A stretch of 52,310 bases of DNA from Cirrosporium novae-zelandiae (lineage: Eukaryota), in the NCBI GenBank assembly GCA_026023565.1, contig JAPETS010000076.1:1-52310 (forward strand), given 5' to 3'. The notes beneath the pieces were generated by a model, which was not told where the DNA came from, searched no databases, and saw only the letters and a program-made list of their open reading frames with translations. Below, piece after piece: positions 11,115 through 24,432 of the stretch (the first letter of the stretch is position 1; every line of letters begins with the position of its first letter). The translations under genes were made by a program, and so were the position numbers.

Positions 11115-13508
11115 CTACAAAAATCCCCTAACCGCCCTCTCTAACCCCTCCACTAAATCTCCATTCCCGCCCCTATGCACCTCCCCATACCCCATACCCC
11201 CATCCCACGCCCTAATCAACGGATTCTCTCTCGCCCACCTCCTCGCAACCCCTACAAGCACCTCCGCATTTGCCCAAAAATATTTCTCCAGAACCTCCTT
11301 CCACAAGCCTTCCCTGCGGGCGGGGTCATATAGCCAATGCAACACTGCGAAGCGAATCGTTCTAGGTTGGATCTTTTGGGCGTATTTGGTGGCGTAGAAC
11401 TCAGCGCGGCGGGAGGAGAGTTCCCCTCGGCCGGGTTCGTTGCGCCAGGGGTCGTCGTTGAAGATCATGGATTGCATGCTTACGAGTACTTGGAGGAGGG
11501 TGGAGATGCCGGGTTGCCATTTACTGCTGGGGGGGCCGGGCCAGGTGTTTATGAGGGAGAGGCAGACTAGGGGGGGATAGAGAGTTAGAAGATTGGGGCG
11601 GATTGGGGGGGGGGAGGAATGTACCTTTACCGTCTGGGTGGATGTTGGGGTTGTAATTTACTTTTCCTTTGCCGGGTCCGCTAAACCAGACTTGAGGGGG
11701 AGAATAGGGGTAGTTTTTTGGACAGAATATGTCAAACCTGGTGGTTTGATTTGGTTAGGGAGAGGGGTTGTAGGTGGATAGATGGGTGAGGGTTGGATAG
11801 GGACTTACTCGAATAGACCACCTGTAATAGATGAGTCCTACGTTAGCGGGTAGATATTAATGACGGTGCTAGGGAGAGAAAACGAACCTTCAAAGGGTGT
11901 GTCAACAGGTCCGATGACTAAACATTTTATGACATCCAGCCTGGATTCTTCAGTTTTCACAAAGACCCCAAGCGGAAGGGAGGTGGATAGAACTGCAATC
12001 TCGTTAACGAGTCTTTTCATGCGGCCCAATGGGGGGTCGGAGATTTGTGAAGCCATCCTTTGGTATTTCAGGCACATTGCGTCTAGGACTCTGGTATCAT
12101 GGGCGAGGCAATTTTCCTTGTGGTAGGTGGCCCAGCATTCCTGCTTCGTTATAGACGGGGGCTTGGAGTCGTGAACCTTGCCTGCCGCTGCGGCGTCGTG
12201 GACCTTGCAGATGGATTTGCAGAGTTTGATTAGTGAATCTGCGTCTTGGGGTTGATATTGTGTTCGCTTCATGGATTTCATGATGATTTCACCTTGTTTT
12301 GCTAGATTTTCAAAGCTGGATGCCAGGGAGGCTATCTTCTCGTCGTCTACCTGTAGCAATTGCGATTCGGTTCCATGCTTATTGTCTCGTTCTCCATTGC
12401 TGTTTGACCGAGACAAGACTGACAGTCCGCATGTCTGTCTTTTGGCATATCTTCTATCCACCACCAAGGTGACAAGCTTCGAGTTCTTCATGGCCTTGTC
12501 TACAAAAGATAAAGCAGCATAATAGAGATGATGGCGGCTTTCAACATCCTCGATCGAGTCGTTTCGAAGCAGGTTAGCAATCTTATCAAGAATGAGGCTG
12601 AGTTGTAGCAGTCCACGAACAGGCCGGATGTCTGGAAAGTTAGAAGACGAGGGAAGTAGCCTTGTGAGGAACCTCAGCAGCTCTTCAACCTCTCCATCAT
12701 TCTCTGCTCTTCCGTTCCACTGCACCGGGTGTGTGAGGCCCCTGCTCAGGGGCCCATACGCATACATGTTAAATATCCAATCGTATCCAAGTACGTCGTC
12801 ATACCCAACACCTCTGGATTTTGGCTTCATATGGTTGCTATGCGCATTTCTATTCAGAGCCTCAGCTGAATCTTGCTGTGCCATAAGCTCCAAATCGTCA
12901 TATACGCTCAAGATTATCCAGAGAGCAAACACTCTACCTCTATCACAGCACCAGTCAAGATGATGATCAATCACCATTTGACTATTTCTTCCAAGCTGCG
13001 GCTTTTTGCCACAGCCAACACAAGTAAGTGCCTGGCACTTTCGGCATTCCACAACCGATATGGAAACCTTCTTCTTATCACCAGCAGAATCTCCACCTTT
13101 AGCATGGTGGAACTTTTCATCCTTGACTAGGGAATCGTCTCGCCACTTGCGGACAAATTTTCCAATCTCAAAATCCACTACTATTTTATTGTTGCATTTG
13201 ACACATCGTGTGCCCATGATTTTGTTAACGAATCCTTGAACATCAAGGAGCGAATTTTTCACACCTTCTGGTAGAGGCTTGGCTTGCTTGGAGGTTGAGT
13301 TGGTTTCTTGTCTCGAAGTTGTAGGGGCATTGCGATGGCCAGTATTGCCGCGTATAGGTATCGAAAACGTAGACGTCGTAGGAAAAGGCTCATGTAAGCT
13401 TGCATACGGATCCCCAGATCTTATATTTGGATCCCTTGAAAAGTTGTGGTAGGATCCCTCATCGGAATCCCTCGTGGCATATCTGTCACTTTTGGAGTAG
13501 CGAGACAT
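11115..13508 (-). CDS. Cys-rich N-terminal domain + BIRC6/UBE2O-type ubiquitin-conjugating (E2) domain protein, paralog 1
   Basis: RMKRLVNEIAVLSTSLPLGVFVKTEESRLDVIKCLVIGPVDTPFEG, a 13-nt micro-exon (GGLFE, 11809-11821), FDIFCPKNYPYSPPQV...NPNIHPDGKVCLSLINTW (catalytic Cys) and WQPGISTLLQVLVSMQSMIFNDDPWRNEPG. Frame is intact after splicing. Confidence 0.88.
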
Positions 13509-15450
13509 CTGCGATGAGGGTACTTGGAATCTATATTCCAAGGACCTGCTGACTAGGCACGATCTAATTTTTAGGACTATTGGTAGGAATGTAGATCTAA
13601 GCCCTTGATTATTAATAGATTCGATGTTCTTAAGACCAGGAGACGGATGAGTTCTGTAGGCTTCTGAGGAAGAATATAGAATTTATAGTTAGTAATGCCT
13701 ATGATCATGCCAACGCAAGCTCAATGGTAATGACAAGTTTTGGAGACCATTGTGCATATTGACAAACGGGAACAACAAGTTTCATAAGTAATCATTCCCT
13801 CAGTCCTTGGAAATAGGTTAAATGAATGGATTCATCAGAACACATCAATGCTCACAGAAGTGAAAATTTCTATAACAAATCAAGGCCAAAATGAAAAGAA
13901 AAATGAACAGTATTGCTACTAAGAGTAAAGATATTCATGATCATGAAATTAGAAGCAAGAGTTGATTCCAGAACATAAATCCAGTAAGGGGATAATCATA
14001 GCACCCTTCAATGCTTGTCACGTCGTTATAACAGCTGCCAAAGAATCTCTTTCCAGTAAACAGTGAAGCCCTTCCAACAGAATCATGAGAGAACAAAGCC
14101 TAAATTATACACCAACTGTTTGGACCACCAAAATATGACATCCACGCCATATACAGAACTAGATTATTAGGAATCAGCCCCCATACATCTGACGATCTAA
14201 AATATTTAACCAGTTTCAAGGGCCGTGGGTTCTTCATCAGTTCATGTTGAAGAGATGTTCAAGAAAATGGACTCCAACCCAAACTACTTTCCGGTCGAAA
14301 TCAACTTTGCGTATTGAATGTCGAGGGTCTTCGAACGAAATGAACGATAACTATTCACTTAGAAGCGTGAGTACCCATAATTTGGAACTGTAGCTAGACT
14401 TTAAGAAAAGGGAATTGACGGCTTTCGATTCAAGAGGCACAAAAGTTCTGGAGTGATGTCAAGGAGCTCCAAGTCATTTTCTTCCAGTTATGTCTGAAAA
14501 CGGTCCTTACAACCATTTTATCGCCATTTCACAGGTCTTCGAGTGCTCTTTAGCCAAGTCGCTTCGCATATGTAATTACCCAAGGGACCTCTCTTTCTTC
14601 CGGACTGTTAGCGAACAATCACCAATATCCTATCTGGGCATCATGCATCCGGCCTGATCCCTTCCACAGCCTTGGTTGTAATATGGGAACTCTCAACTCA
14701 ATTTATATGCCAGATGATGTCGCAATTGAAGGTTTAAGTACGATAGAAGAAGGTTATGGTTATCCGGTAGAGCAAGTTGATTAATAGATCTGGATGAGCA
14801 AGTTTGTCAGTCATAACTCCCTCACAGAGGACTCGAGCGTCTCATTAACTTTCAACAGATGTGTTTAAACTCAAATTCAAGGTTATTTCGTCTTCATCGT
14901 TATCATAATTGAAGATGGTTATAAATTTGGAAAGTTGAGTCTCCAAGAAATCTCAAAAATTAATGCACACGTTTGTTTGTTTTTTCTACAGGACAGAAAC
15001 CCCAGAACAGGTGTCAGGTAGGGCCTTGACAACAACATATGCACGACAGACGGATCGGACAGTGCCGGAGTTTTAGGTGGACAGATTTCTCAAAAGTATC
15101 GTATTTGTATCTGATTATGCTGATCTTTCAAGGTACCAGGCACGCCAGGGTCTTCCACCTCGGTTGGGTTGTCGTGATTTTAGTGAGGGATGGAGTTTGA
15201 GTTTCAACAAGATGTCGCGAGTGCTTTGGAAGGCGAATGGAAATAAAGGAAGACAAGTCCGAAACGATTAACTTGAGTCTAGGTAAGATATAGTTATTGT
15301 CCGTATGCTCCTGAGTCTTGAATTCATAAGCGATATTTGAGATTGATTACCCTTTTGATTGTTTTATTCCGATATGCAGTATTTTTCTTATTGTTCCTCC
15401 GATTATCTGGCGGTAACTGAGCGGCGCTGAGGCCAAGTTGGTTAAAGTGA

Positions 15451-15628
15451 CGGAGGATGGTCCGGGCCTTGGGGGGTTTCGTCTCAAGCTGATGGGGCTA
15501 AAACCCCCCTCTCTCTTGGCTTTTCGGCCTAATCCTTCCTGAGAATCCTCACTAATTATTCCCTTCCCGCCATCAGGGGTTTTTGTTAAAAACAATTTAT
15601 GTCTGACTGATATAGAACTATGGCGGGG
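15451..15628 (+). promoter_or_regulatory. Putative cellulolytic-regulon motifs upstream of the AA9 gene
   Basis: CGG-N8-CCG at 15451-15464 (ClrB/Clr-2-type), GGCTAAA at 15496-15502 (XlnR-type) and GCGGGG at 15623-15628 (CreA SYGGRG). Short motifs can occur by chance. Confidence 0.4.
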
Positions 15629-16311
15629 ACTTTTTAATGACCAAACACTAATTCATTGGCTGGAATCAACCAACTGGCTATTCATCATCCACATATTCAT
15701 ATATTCTTCCCTCGTTATCGTCGCTTAGACCATCATGCCGCAAGTTTGGTAGTTGAATACCTACGTAGTTAGGTCTTCCACACTTGCCTGAATGAAACTA
15801 TCGATGACTTTTAATTGTAGTTGGTATTTTTTCATCCTATCGAAACACTCGGTGGTCGACCGACTTAATGCGAAAATGCTGAGAGGACTAATCCGAAGGA
15901 TGAAGATTTCCATTCCTAGAAAACCATGACAGCCATGGGAACCATTAGAACTACATTGGTATTGACTACGGATGGAGCCTCCCATGTTTCATCCCATTTT
16001 GATTATTCGTGTTACCGTTTGTTTGCTATAGCTGTAATTTTGGTCTTCTGCTGTTGAATATAAGAATACCTGCTTGTCCTCCCAGGATGCTTTCTTTCTC
16101 CAAGGACTACCTTCCAACAACATCTCACTCATCTCAATTCTTTTCACAGGTCTTGACGACCCCTTACATTCTTTCTCCGCTCAACACTTCATTGATTGAA
16201 GTTTATACGCTCCTTGTCGCTGGCCGCTGTTAGAACTTTACAATCTCTACACAACTTGACATTTCCACTCACTTAGAAATAACCATCTTGAAAAATCTCA
16301 TCTCTCTCAAA

Positions 16312-17764
16312 ATGTCTATGCTTAAGACTGCTGCTCTCCTCGGAGCTTTGGCTTCCATGGTTCCCCGTGTTGCTGCTCATGGACGTGTCCAGGGTATTGT
16401 TGTGGATGGTACTTGGTAGGGCTAACCTGAATCCAACTTTTTCTCCTCTCCTGACACGACATAGGTATGAGGGTTACAACCCTTCCTTCCAGTACTACTC
16501 TACCGATGAGACACCAATAGTTATTGGATGGTCCGACCCTGAGGATCTTGACAATGGTTACGTTGCTCCTGATGCCTATGCCACCTCAGACATTATTTGC
16601 CACAAAGATGCAACCAACGCCCAAACATATGCCGAGGTTGCTGCCGGGGGTGTTGTTGAGCTACAATGGACTGACTGGCCCGAGTCTCATCACGGTCCGG
16701 TCATCACCTATCTCGCAAACTGTGATGGCGATTGTATCACCGTGGACAAGACTGGCTTGGAATTTTTCAAGATTGATGCTGTTGGCCTTGTTGATAGTTC
16801 AACTGTCCCAGGCACCTTTGGGTCGGATCAGTTGATCAACAACAACAACTCGTGGGTCGTCACCATCCCAGACTCCATCAAGGCTGGCCAATATGTTCTT
16901 CGACACGAAATTATCGCTCTCCACGGTGCCGAATCCGAGGACGGTGCTCAGAACTACCCTCAGTGCATTAACTTGAAGATCACTGGATCTGGCACCGACA
17001 CCCCAACCGGCACCCTTGGCACTGCTCTCTACCAGGAAAGCGATGCTGGTGTTCTTGTCAACATCTACCAGAGCTTGGCTACCTATGATATCCCAGGACC
17101 TACTCTCTACTCCGGCCATGTTTCCATGACCCAGACCACCGTTGCAATCACCTCTTATGCTGCTGTTGAAAGTGGTTCTGCTGTCGCTGCAACCTCTGCT
17201 GCTGCTGCCACAACCTCTGCGGCTGTCGCTGCAAGTTCAGCCGTTGCCAGTTCCGCTGCCGTTGTAGCCTCCTCTGCTCCCGCTGCCACCTCGATTGCTG
17301 CCACCTCGGTTGCTGCGAGCTCGGCTGTTCCCGCTAGCTCCTCTGCCGCCTCTGTTCAAGCCGCAACCTTTATCGCGGCATCCAGCGCTGCCCCAGCCTC
17401 TAGTGCTGCTCCGGCTTCCAGTGCTGCACCAGCTTCCAGTAAGAAATCCTGCTCCCTTTCCGGCGTTACCGTCACCGTCAAATCACAAGTCACCGCCACA
17501 GTGACAGCTGACAACGTCCCCCAAATCACTGGGTCATTCAACCAAGTAAAACCAGTTGCTCACGTTATTTCCACAGGTGCTGCATCAGTTGCATCGGTAG
17601 CCAGCTCTGCTGCTTCCTCCACCTCCACCTCCACTCTTGATGAAACCCTCCCCGAGGGTATGACTATGAGACAATTTTTGGAAGACCTCGAGACCGCCAT
17701 CCAGGACATTCTGTCCGGCTCATCTAGCCTGAGCCGCCGCCACGCCCGTGACATGCGAGCATAG
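16312..17764 (+). CDS. AA9 (GH61) lytic polysaccharide monooxygenase with long Ser/Ala/Thr-rich C-terminal extension
   Basis: Signal peptide [22 protein letters not shown] is followed by mature His1 (HGRV). Intron 16416-16464. Motifs [33 protein letters not shown] and [11 protein letters not shown]. The protein ends RRHARDMRA. Confidence 0.96.
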
Positions 17765-18354
17765 ATTTATTAGAAAAAAGGACCTATTGATTTTTTGTAC
17801 ATGTTTTCTTTGGATGGTTGATGAGATTTGTGGGTTTTAACCGCGCTTCTGTGAAGGCAGTTTTTTTGGACGGAGCATTGAATATATGTTCTTTGTATAT
17901 AACATTTACCACCTTTGACCCTGTACGACAGGAATGATGTTTGTTGCTATAACTATTGAATAGCGAAAGCTTTTCATCAAAAGTTTTTTTTTATCTGAAT
18001 TAGGAGTTTGACCTCTCGGTAAATTATTGAAGTAGGACGCGGTAAAACCTCTTAAGTCTTTTCCGATACATCATCCCATTTCCTCAAGCTCCTCTGATCA
18101 CGACATCAAGAGAAAAACTCAGTAATATCAATTCAAGCATGTAGATCGGCACTTGGGGGGCGAGGTAATACTATTGATGAGCTCGAGCTAAGACGGAAAT
18201 TGCCATGTATTGTGTACATTATTTACACTGCTGCACTGGTCTAAAGACGTAACGGTAAAGTTGACTTACCCTCGGCTTAGTGGGAGAGGTTGATTTTCTG
18301 ATAGATTATCCTTCAACTTGCAGTTTTTATGATATACAATCTGCTTCCTCCAAA

Positions 18355-20599
18355 ATGGGCTATTCTACAATTTGTTATCTCTGTGGGCGGTACATTGACT
18401 CAACATGTGCTGGCAAAGATAGCCAAGCATGGCAAGCTTATTTCCAAATTCTACGGCAACTCGATGAGAACTATAATCGTCTTATCGAACCTTCTGATAC
18501 TTCGATACCTTCTGGTACAAATGTTGTTCATGCCGCCTGTTGGGTCGTGGTCGCCAAGGTACTTGGATCTGCTACGATCAATGCAAATTGGTTAGAAAGA
18601 TTCTATCACTGTCTTCAAGATTTGAAGCCGTTTTTGAAATCTATATCCTCTCTTTATTCTCCTGAAATCCTCGAGCCTAATCTCGAATGTAAGTCGGATA
18701 ACGATGAGCAAGCTTCTCAGATCGCAGAACATGGTACTACCATTTTTGGGCATATTCCTATTGAAATAATCCAGATAGTCTACTCTTTCTTGGATTGTTA
18801 TACAGATATCTATAATATTCAACAACTGATAAACGTCGAACCGGAATATAAAATATGGTGCATCCTTGGCCAAAAATATCAAGATTATGATACACGGTTT
18901 GGCGAAGGGACTCAACAAGATCTTATTAACAGATTTCGACGAATCCTAGAAAACCTCCGTCAACGCCCAAGCCTTTTCCCTCATGCTCTCAACTATGGAA
19001 CTGTATGGGATAACGTCAAAGTGGTCCTAAACAAGTTGGAAGACACTTTGACTGGCGAAGATTTTGACTCCAATGTTTTCCACTGTGACGCAATATCTTC
19101 AAGATTCAGAACCAAATCTTTAAACAAGAAAATATTTCATTTTGACAGGACTTTGGGACTAACGATCAGATTTACTCACGTTGGTAATCACAGATATTTA
19201 TGTGGCTTTGGCTATGGCGACGAAATTATAGGATACAAAGGAGACTCGTCTGTTCAAGTACCCAGTGTCTTTCATGGTCTACAATTAGTGTCCGATGGGG
19301 AAGGGTTTATAGCTATCCAGATCCTATCTCAGACAATAACACCAATCTACTGGCCGAAAGAGTTTTCAGAGACAGGCTTTTACAACTTCATATTTGGACA
19401 ATTAGAGTGGCCTCGCGACCAAAATATGTGGGCTCTCGAGAAGAACAGAAGATACGACAGGCTTTTACCGTCCAACAAGTGTATGGCAATCAAGCTTTCC
19501 ACCGCAGAACTTTCGGCCTGCCGTTATTGTAAATTACCATTCCAATTCTTCTACATGGCCTTGTACGTTTTTCACCAAGAGTTTAAATACGAGCATTGCA
19601 ATCAGCGCGTTCGTTGACCTTGAGACCCGATCCATATCCGGATTTGAATTCAGTTTCAGCTCCTCTGTTCGACGACTTGGCCACATACAACCATTGGCAG
19701 TCAAATTGTCCTATCATCTCGATGTAGAAAGAAATGAAAGATTCCTTTGGTTGACTTGCGCAAACAAATATTCTCACAAAAACAAGGGAATCACTGTAAA
19801 AGCAAGTACACCAAAAATTATTGTAATTTAAATTTACTAATCTTTTCAGATTCTTACAAGTCTTGGTCGTACTATTATTTTTGGAGATGAAGCCCTCACG
19901 ACATGGGTGCCGGGTTCATCCTGCAAAAATGGTATATTCTGCACATCCGAGGTCAGTACTCTCTCACCCAACTCCGAATATAAATTAACCATTTTAGATT
20001 TCCGATGAATATTGCCTTTCCGTTCTCGGGACATTTTTCAATGAAAGCGATGAGCCCGAGCAATCCGTCGAACTTCCACAACCGGACATGTCCATCGTAT
20101 GGGAAACGCAAACAGTCAAGTTTGACGGAGATATTATGCCCACTCTGGCGTTCCTTTCTACGGCTAGCCTTTCTTCCATATCAAAAATCACCATATACAC
20201 CGACGGCTGCAGCGAAAAATATCTTTCTGGGATGAAAATTTTCCATACAGATAGAAGCCCCGAAATTGTAGGAGAAGCTCGAGAAGAGTATCAGACCGTT
20301 CTTCTCGACGAACCGCTGCAACATATCTTGACATACTACACAATCAACTATGCAACTTGCTACAGAATTCAAGGCCTGGTCTTTACTTGTCCGTCAACAG
20401 CCTTCAAGGTTGGGTTATGCGAAGGACCACGACAAGAATTTCTAGAGATTACTACTGTTCGTCATTTCTAACCCGCCCCACTGACCTTATAACTGACGTA
20501 AATCCAAAGGATCTGTCTCAATTATTTTGGATTTTTGATCGATCGTTTTCATACCTCAGCTTGTCGTTAGATGACATAACTTTGAAAGTTACGTCCTAA
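18355..20599 (+). CDS. F-box-like accessory protein (multi-exon; apparent frame break near 19430-19480, possibly a pseudogene)
   Basis: N-terminal CYLCG and HAACW motifs, F-box-like FGHIPIEIIQIVYSFL, then RYLCGFGY. Coding-like sequence continues in another frame from about 19442-19481 and via introns (~19802-19849, ~19931-19997, ~20457-20509) to TAA at 20599. Confidence 0.6.
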
Positions 20600-22087
20600 G
20601 TCGGGACTAGTTATAAGAAATTACGAGTAGGTAAAATAATATAACAGACAGTTTTCTTTCCTTAAGTACCTCGCAGCCGGACGTAAGGGAGGTGAAATCT
20701 GTCCTGAGATTTATAGAAATCAGGAAGGGGGCTCGGTGACCTGAGTTGAGGCCTGCAGCCTGCAAGCAGGAGTCAGGCCACGTATAAAGGGGAGGATATA
20801 GAGCAACATATGACCAAGACAGTAAGAGTTATTGCCAATTACCGAAAAGAGAGATATCTATCAATTTTTTGTAGTTTTGTATGTATGTAATACGTGGGTT
20901 CTATGAAACTTACCCCGATATGGCTTACAATCGCTCCGTCCAACCTCGACGGGGGGGGGGCCTCCCTAAAAACCAAAACCAAAACTAAAAGTAGAAGTAG
21001 AAGTAGAGCTCCTCCCTCCCGATGTCATGCTTGGACTTTGGATTTGGAGTTGGAGTTGGATTTGGAGTTGGGCTACTAGAGAGGTGGTGGATTTGGGAAT
21101 AGGGATGGGGGAAATGGAAATGGAGCTGAGTTGTTGTTGTTATTGTTTTGGCTTGGCTTCTGAATAATAAGGTTTATATGTTGGCATGTCGATATATTGG
21201 TACATATATATATATATATGTGAAAAGGGGAGGGGATTAGTAATAGTAGCGGTGGTGTTCGTGGTTAGCATATACTATAAAATATAGAAATGTTAATAGA
21301 TGGGTTGGGTTGGGTAGGGTTGGGTAGTGACGCATAAGTGATAACTAGAAGTCTGGGTTGAAATAGTATTATTCCCTAGGGGCTTTGTTTGGGATATGGT
21401 GGTGTTTCTTAGCTGTAGTTGATAGTTAGTTCGACAAGCTAACGAAGTTGATTGATAAACTTGATGGTAAGGCCAGAATGAATGAATGGAATATATAGAC
21501 CTATTAAAGGGTGCCCCTGCCTTGCTTAACTAGGAACTATAGGTTGTAAAATACTACCAAAATGATCATCATGATTTTGAGTTGAGTTGAGTTGAGAGTC
21601 GAGATGGATTGGATATTGGATGATTTGTAGGTATATATATACCCCCTTTCTCGCCTATGATTTATCAATCAAATCATGCCAAAGAAAATGAAAAAGGAAA
21701 GAGCCGTAAACGCCATGCATACAATTGGGATGGCGAACAAGTAAATGAGTAAGCTTTGCTAGCAATATCAAAATCAAACCAAACCAAGCATACGATCATT
21801 AATCTAATCGCTCCGCTTCTCCACTCATCCCTCCCCCCGCCCTTCCAAGAAAAAAAAAATAGAAGGCCGTTGATAGTGGATACTTGATATGGCTTTAGCG
21901 CCTCAGATAATAGAAAAGAAAAGCATAATTTTGATAGCTATATGCACAATGAGGATGCCATCCAGGCCCTCTCCTTAACGGTTTTTTAAAAGTTCCGGTT
22001 TAGGCTAGTGATGAAAATAAAAAAAAAATCACTTTTCCATGGAACTAAATCATTTGGTTTGCTTGTCGTCTCCGGCTTTCGGATTCT

Positions 22088-23075
22088 TCACGACGTTTTT
22101 GTTTTGTTAGCTTGTTCTTTTTCTGCGTTAACGGCTTCCTCGCGAGCTTTAATTCTTCGTTCTTCCGCTTCGACCATGTCTATATTTATAATTGTTAGTA
22201 TCTTGCATTCCTTCCCAAATCAACAAGGCAGAAACTTTACCTTTCCACAGGTCCTCTCCGGCATATCTTTCATGATGAATTCTCTTTTCAATTAAATGTT
22301 TGTGTTCTGGGTCATCTGGATCAAGAATCTTAACGGTTTCCCATCGTCCCTGACCCTTATTCCGATCACCGATTTCAAAAGCAGCCGTGGCCATCAATAC
22401 CGCTACCGTGAGACCTTGAGCGTAAACACGAGCTTGTACGAGTTTCTGAGAGGTGGTTAGATAAGGGTTGCGACCGACGAGCCAGAGCGAGAGCCCCATT
22501 GAGGCAACCCATGATACACCGACGATAGGGTAGCGGTGATCGCGGAACCAGTCGAATGTCCGTTGGCCGGGGGTTTTTGCAGCATCGATTTGTCTCTGGA
22601 GATCTGAGGTCGAGTTTCCTTCATAGGTTCCATGCTGGGCGGCTTCGAAGCTACGGGAGTAACGGTCGGCTTCAATGATTGCTGTGATTGTGTTAGCGCA
22701 AGTACTTCTTACAGTCTTGAGTGCAATGGTAGCAGTCATGGACAACAATCATGCTGCTGGTTCCACTTCTCAAGCAAGTCATGTTTGAGATAGACCCACC
22801 TCCAAAAGTACCAGCAGAAGTAACAAAAAATGCCCTTAGAGGAATTGTCAAGGATCGAAATGCATGATATCGTCTTGATGCGCCGATAACACCCAAAGCT
22901 CCAAGGGCAACACCACCAACACCACCAATAAGGCCACCCTTTAATGTTTCACTGCATCAAATTACGTCAGCTTTGTGTGGTGCGGGTAGGAAGCTGAAAG
23001 GTCCGAAAATAAATGTAGGAGTTGGCCGACGAACCTGTAATGTTGCTCTTCTTCTTCTTTGGTGATAATCTTCAT
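22088..23075 (-). CDS. RCF2: Respiratory supercomplex factor 2 (HIG1-domain mitochondrial protein), 4 exons
   Basis: MKIITKEEEEQHY...IIEADRYSRSFE...HRYPIVGVSWVASMG...SQKLVQARVYAQGLT...EDLWKDMVEAEERR. Canonical GT-AG introns. Confidence 0.9.
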
Positions 23076-24432
23076 ATTGACAGATTAGAGAAGAAAAGAA
23101 TTGTAGAAAAATTGAGAAGAGGTTTTTGTTTAGTAGAGAGGGGCTTTTTTTTTGGAGAGATAAAGGATCAGTATTTGAATATGGTAAGCTATTCTCAAGC
23201 TTGATGGTTATCGGGGTAAAAGTAAAACCGAGAGGAATGTTGCAGCCTTAGGCACTGAGAAGGATATGGAGAGGAGAGGAATTTAATCCCAACTGTTCTT
23301 TGAAGTTCAAAAAGATCAAACAAAGATAGAAATCTATTTGGATGAAATCGAAGATATTGATTGAAAAGAGGAATGAGGGAAGATTTATGGGAAATTCATG
23401 TCTGGTCCCATGTCTAGATCCATGTCTTCCATGTCTGGCTGGAGGAGGGAAGACAAATCATGACGTTCCTCACGTGTTTAGATTACTGAGACGGGCGCTG
23501 CCGATATAATGGCGATTCTTATTGGCTGTTCCGGTGTTTGCTTAGTTGGTCCAAACACCGAGGACAAGCATTCAGACAACAACGTCAACTAAAACACTTT
23601 TGAGCATGTTTCTTCCCTTACCCACATATCCTTCCACTGCCCCCAAGTACCCCCCAGTCCCCCCCCAGTCCCCCCCGAGTCCCCCATTCCATTAAACCCT
23701 CCCTGTCCAGCCCTATCTTCTTTAACTTCGCCGTCCTCGGCTTTCTCTTCGGACTTTTTCACTTGGAAAAGTTAGACAAAGCAAAAACACAATGTCGCCT
23801 CCATATTCTTCAATCCGACTTCTTTTCTTCCTTTTGAACCGTCAACGAATCACATCAACTGCCAATGTAATCATTAATTAATTATTCTCCTTTCCCGCAT
23901 TTATCAACCGAACCATCTCCAAAAAATCTGATTAGTTTAGTTCAATCCACCCATCGCTGGTATCCGCGGACAAAGCTTGGCCTGCATTCAGATCTATCAA
24001 TCCGCCTGACACCTGGGGTCCGTGGAGAAATGCAGGAACATCTCACATTATATCTACCTTTTCCTAAAGTACTTAACTTACTAAGTAAACATCGGACATC
24101 TCGGATTTTCCATCCAGGCCTTCATCCTGAGTAAGCATCTTTGCCTCGTACAACATTGAAAATCATCATGCATTCTAGAACAAGGTACCAGATATATCAA
24201 CATGAATATTGAGGGTATCACCGTCAACAGACAGTGCAAGCGCAAGCTATGTATGTAAAAGGAACATCAAAACATAATCACATCATTCGTTGCTTATCAA
24301 TGGAATCGTCTACCACCAAAAACACTTCTTTCCACACCATCCCAATCATTCACAATCCAACAAGAACTCAGGCGCCCAAAACACCAGAAATGGTGAGTGG
24401 TGTACGCTATCATGGTACCCATGCTTTTGGAG

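Noticed and set aside
13950..14950. Possible decayed gene (fragments such as EALPTE and IQEAQKFWSDVKELQVIFFQ on the plus strand)
   Set aside because: Coding-like composition, but frequent stops and no motif I can assign with confidence. Needs TBLASTX.
20600..21700. Low-complexity intergenic region with (GAGTTG)n, (GGGTT)n and TA runs; considered telomere-like or transposon relic
   Set aside because: No TTAGGG array and no element termini. It looks like simple-sequence DNA between convergent genes.
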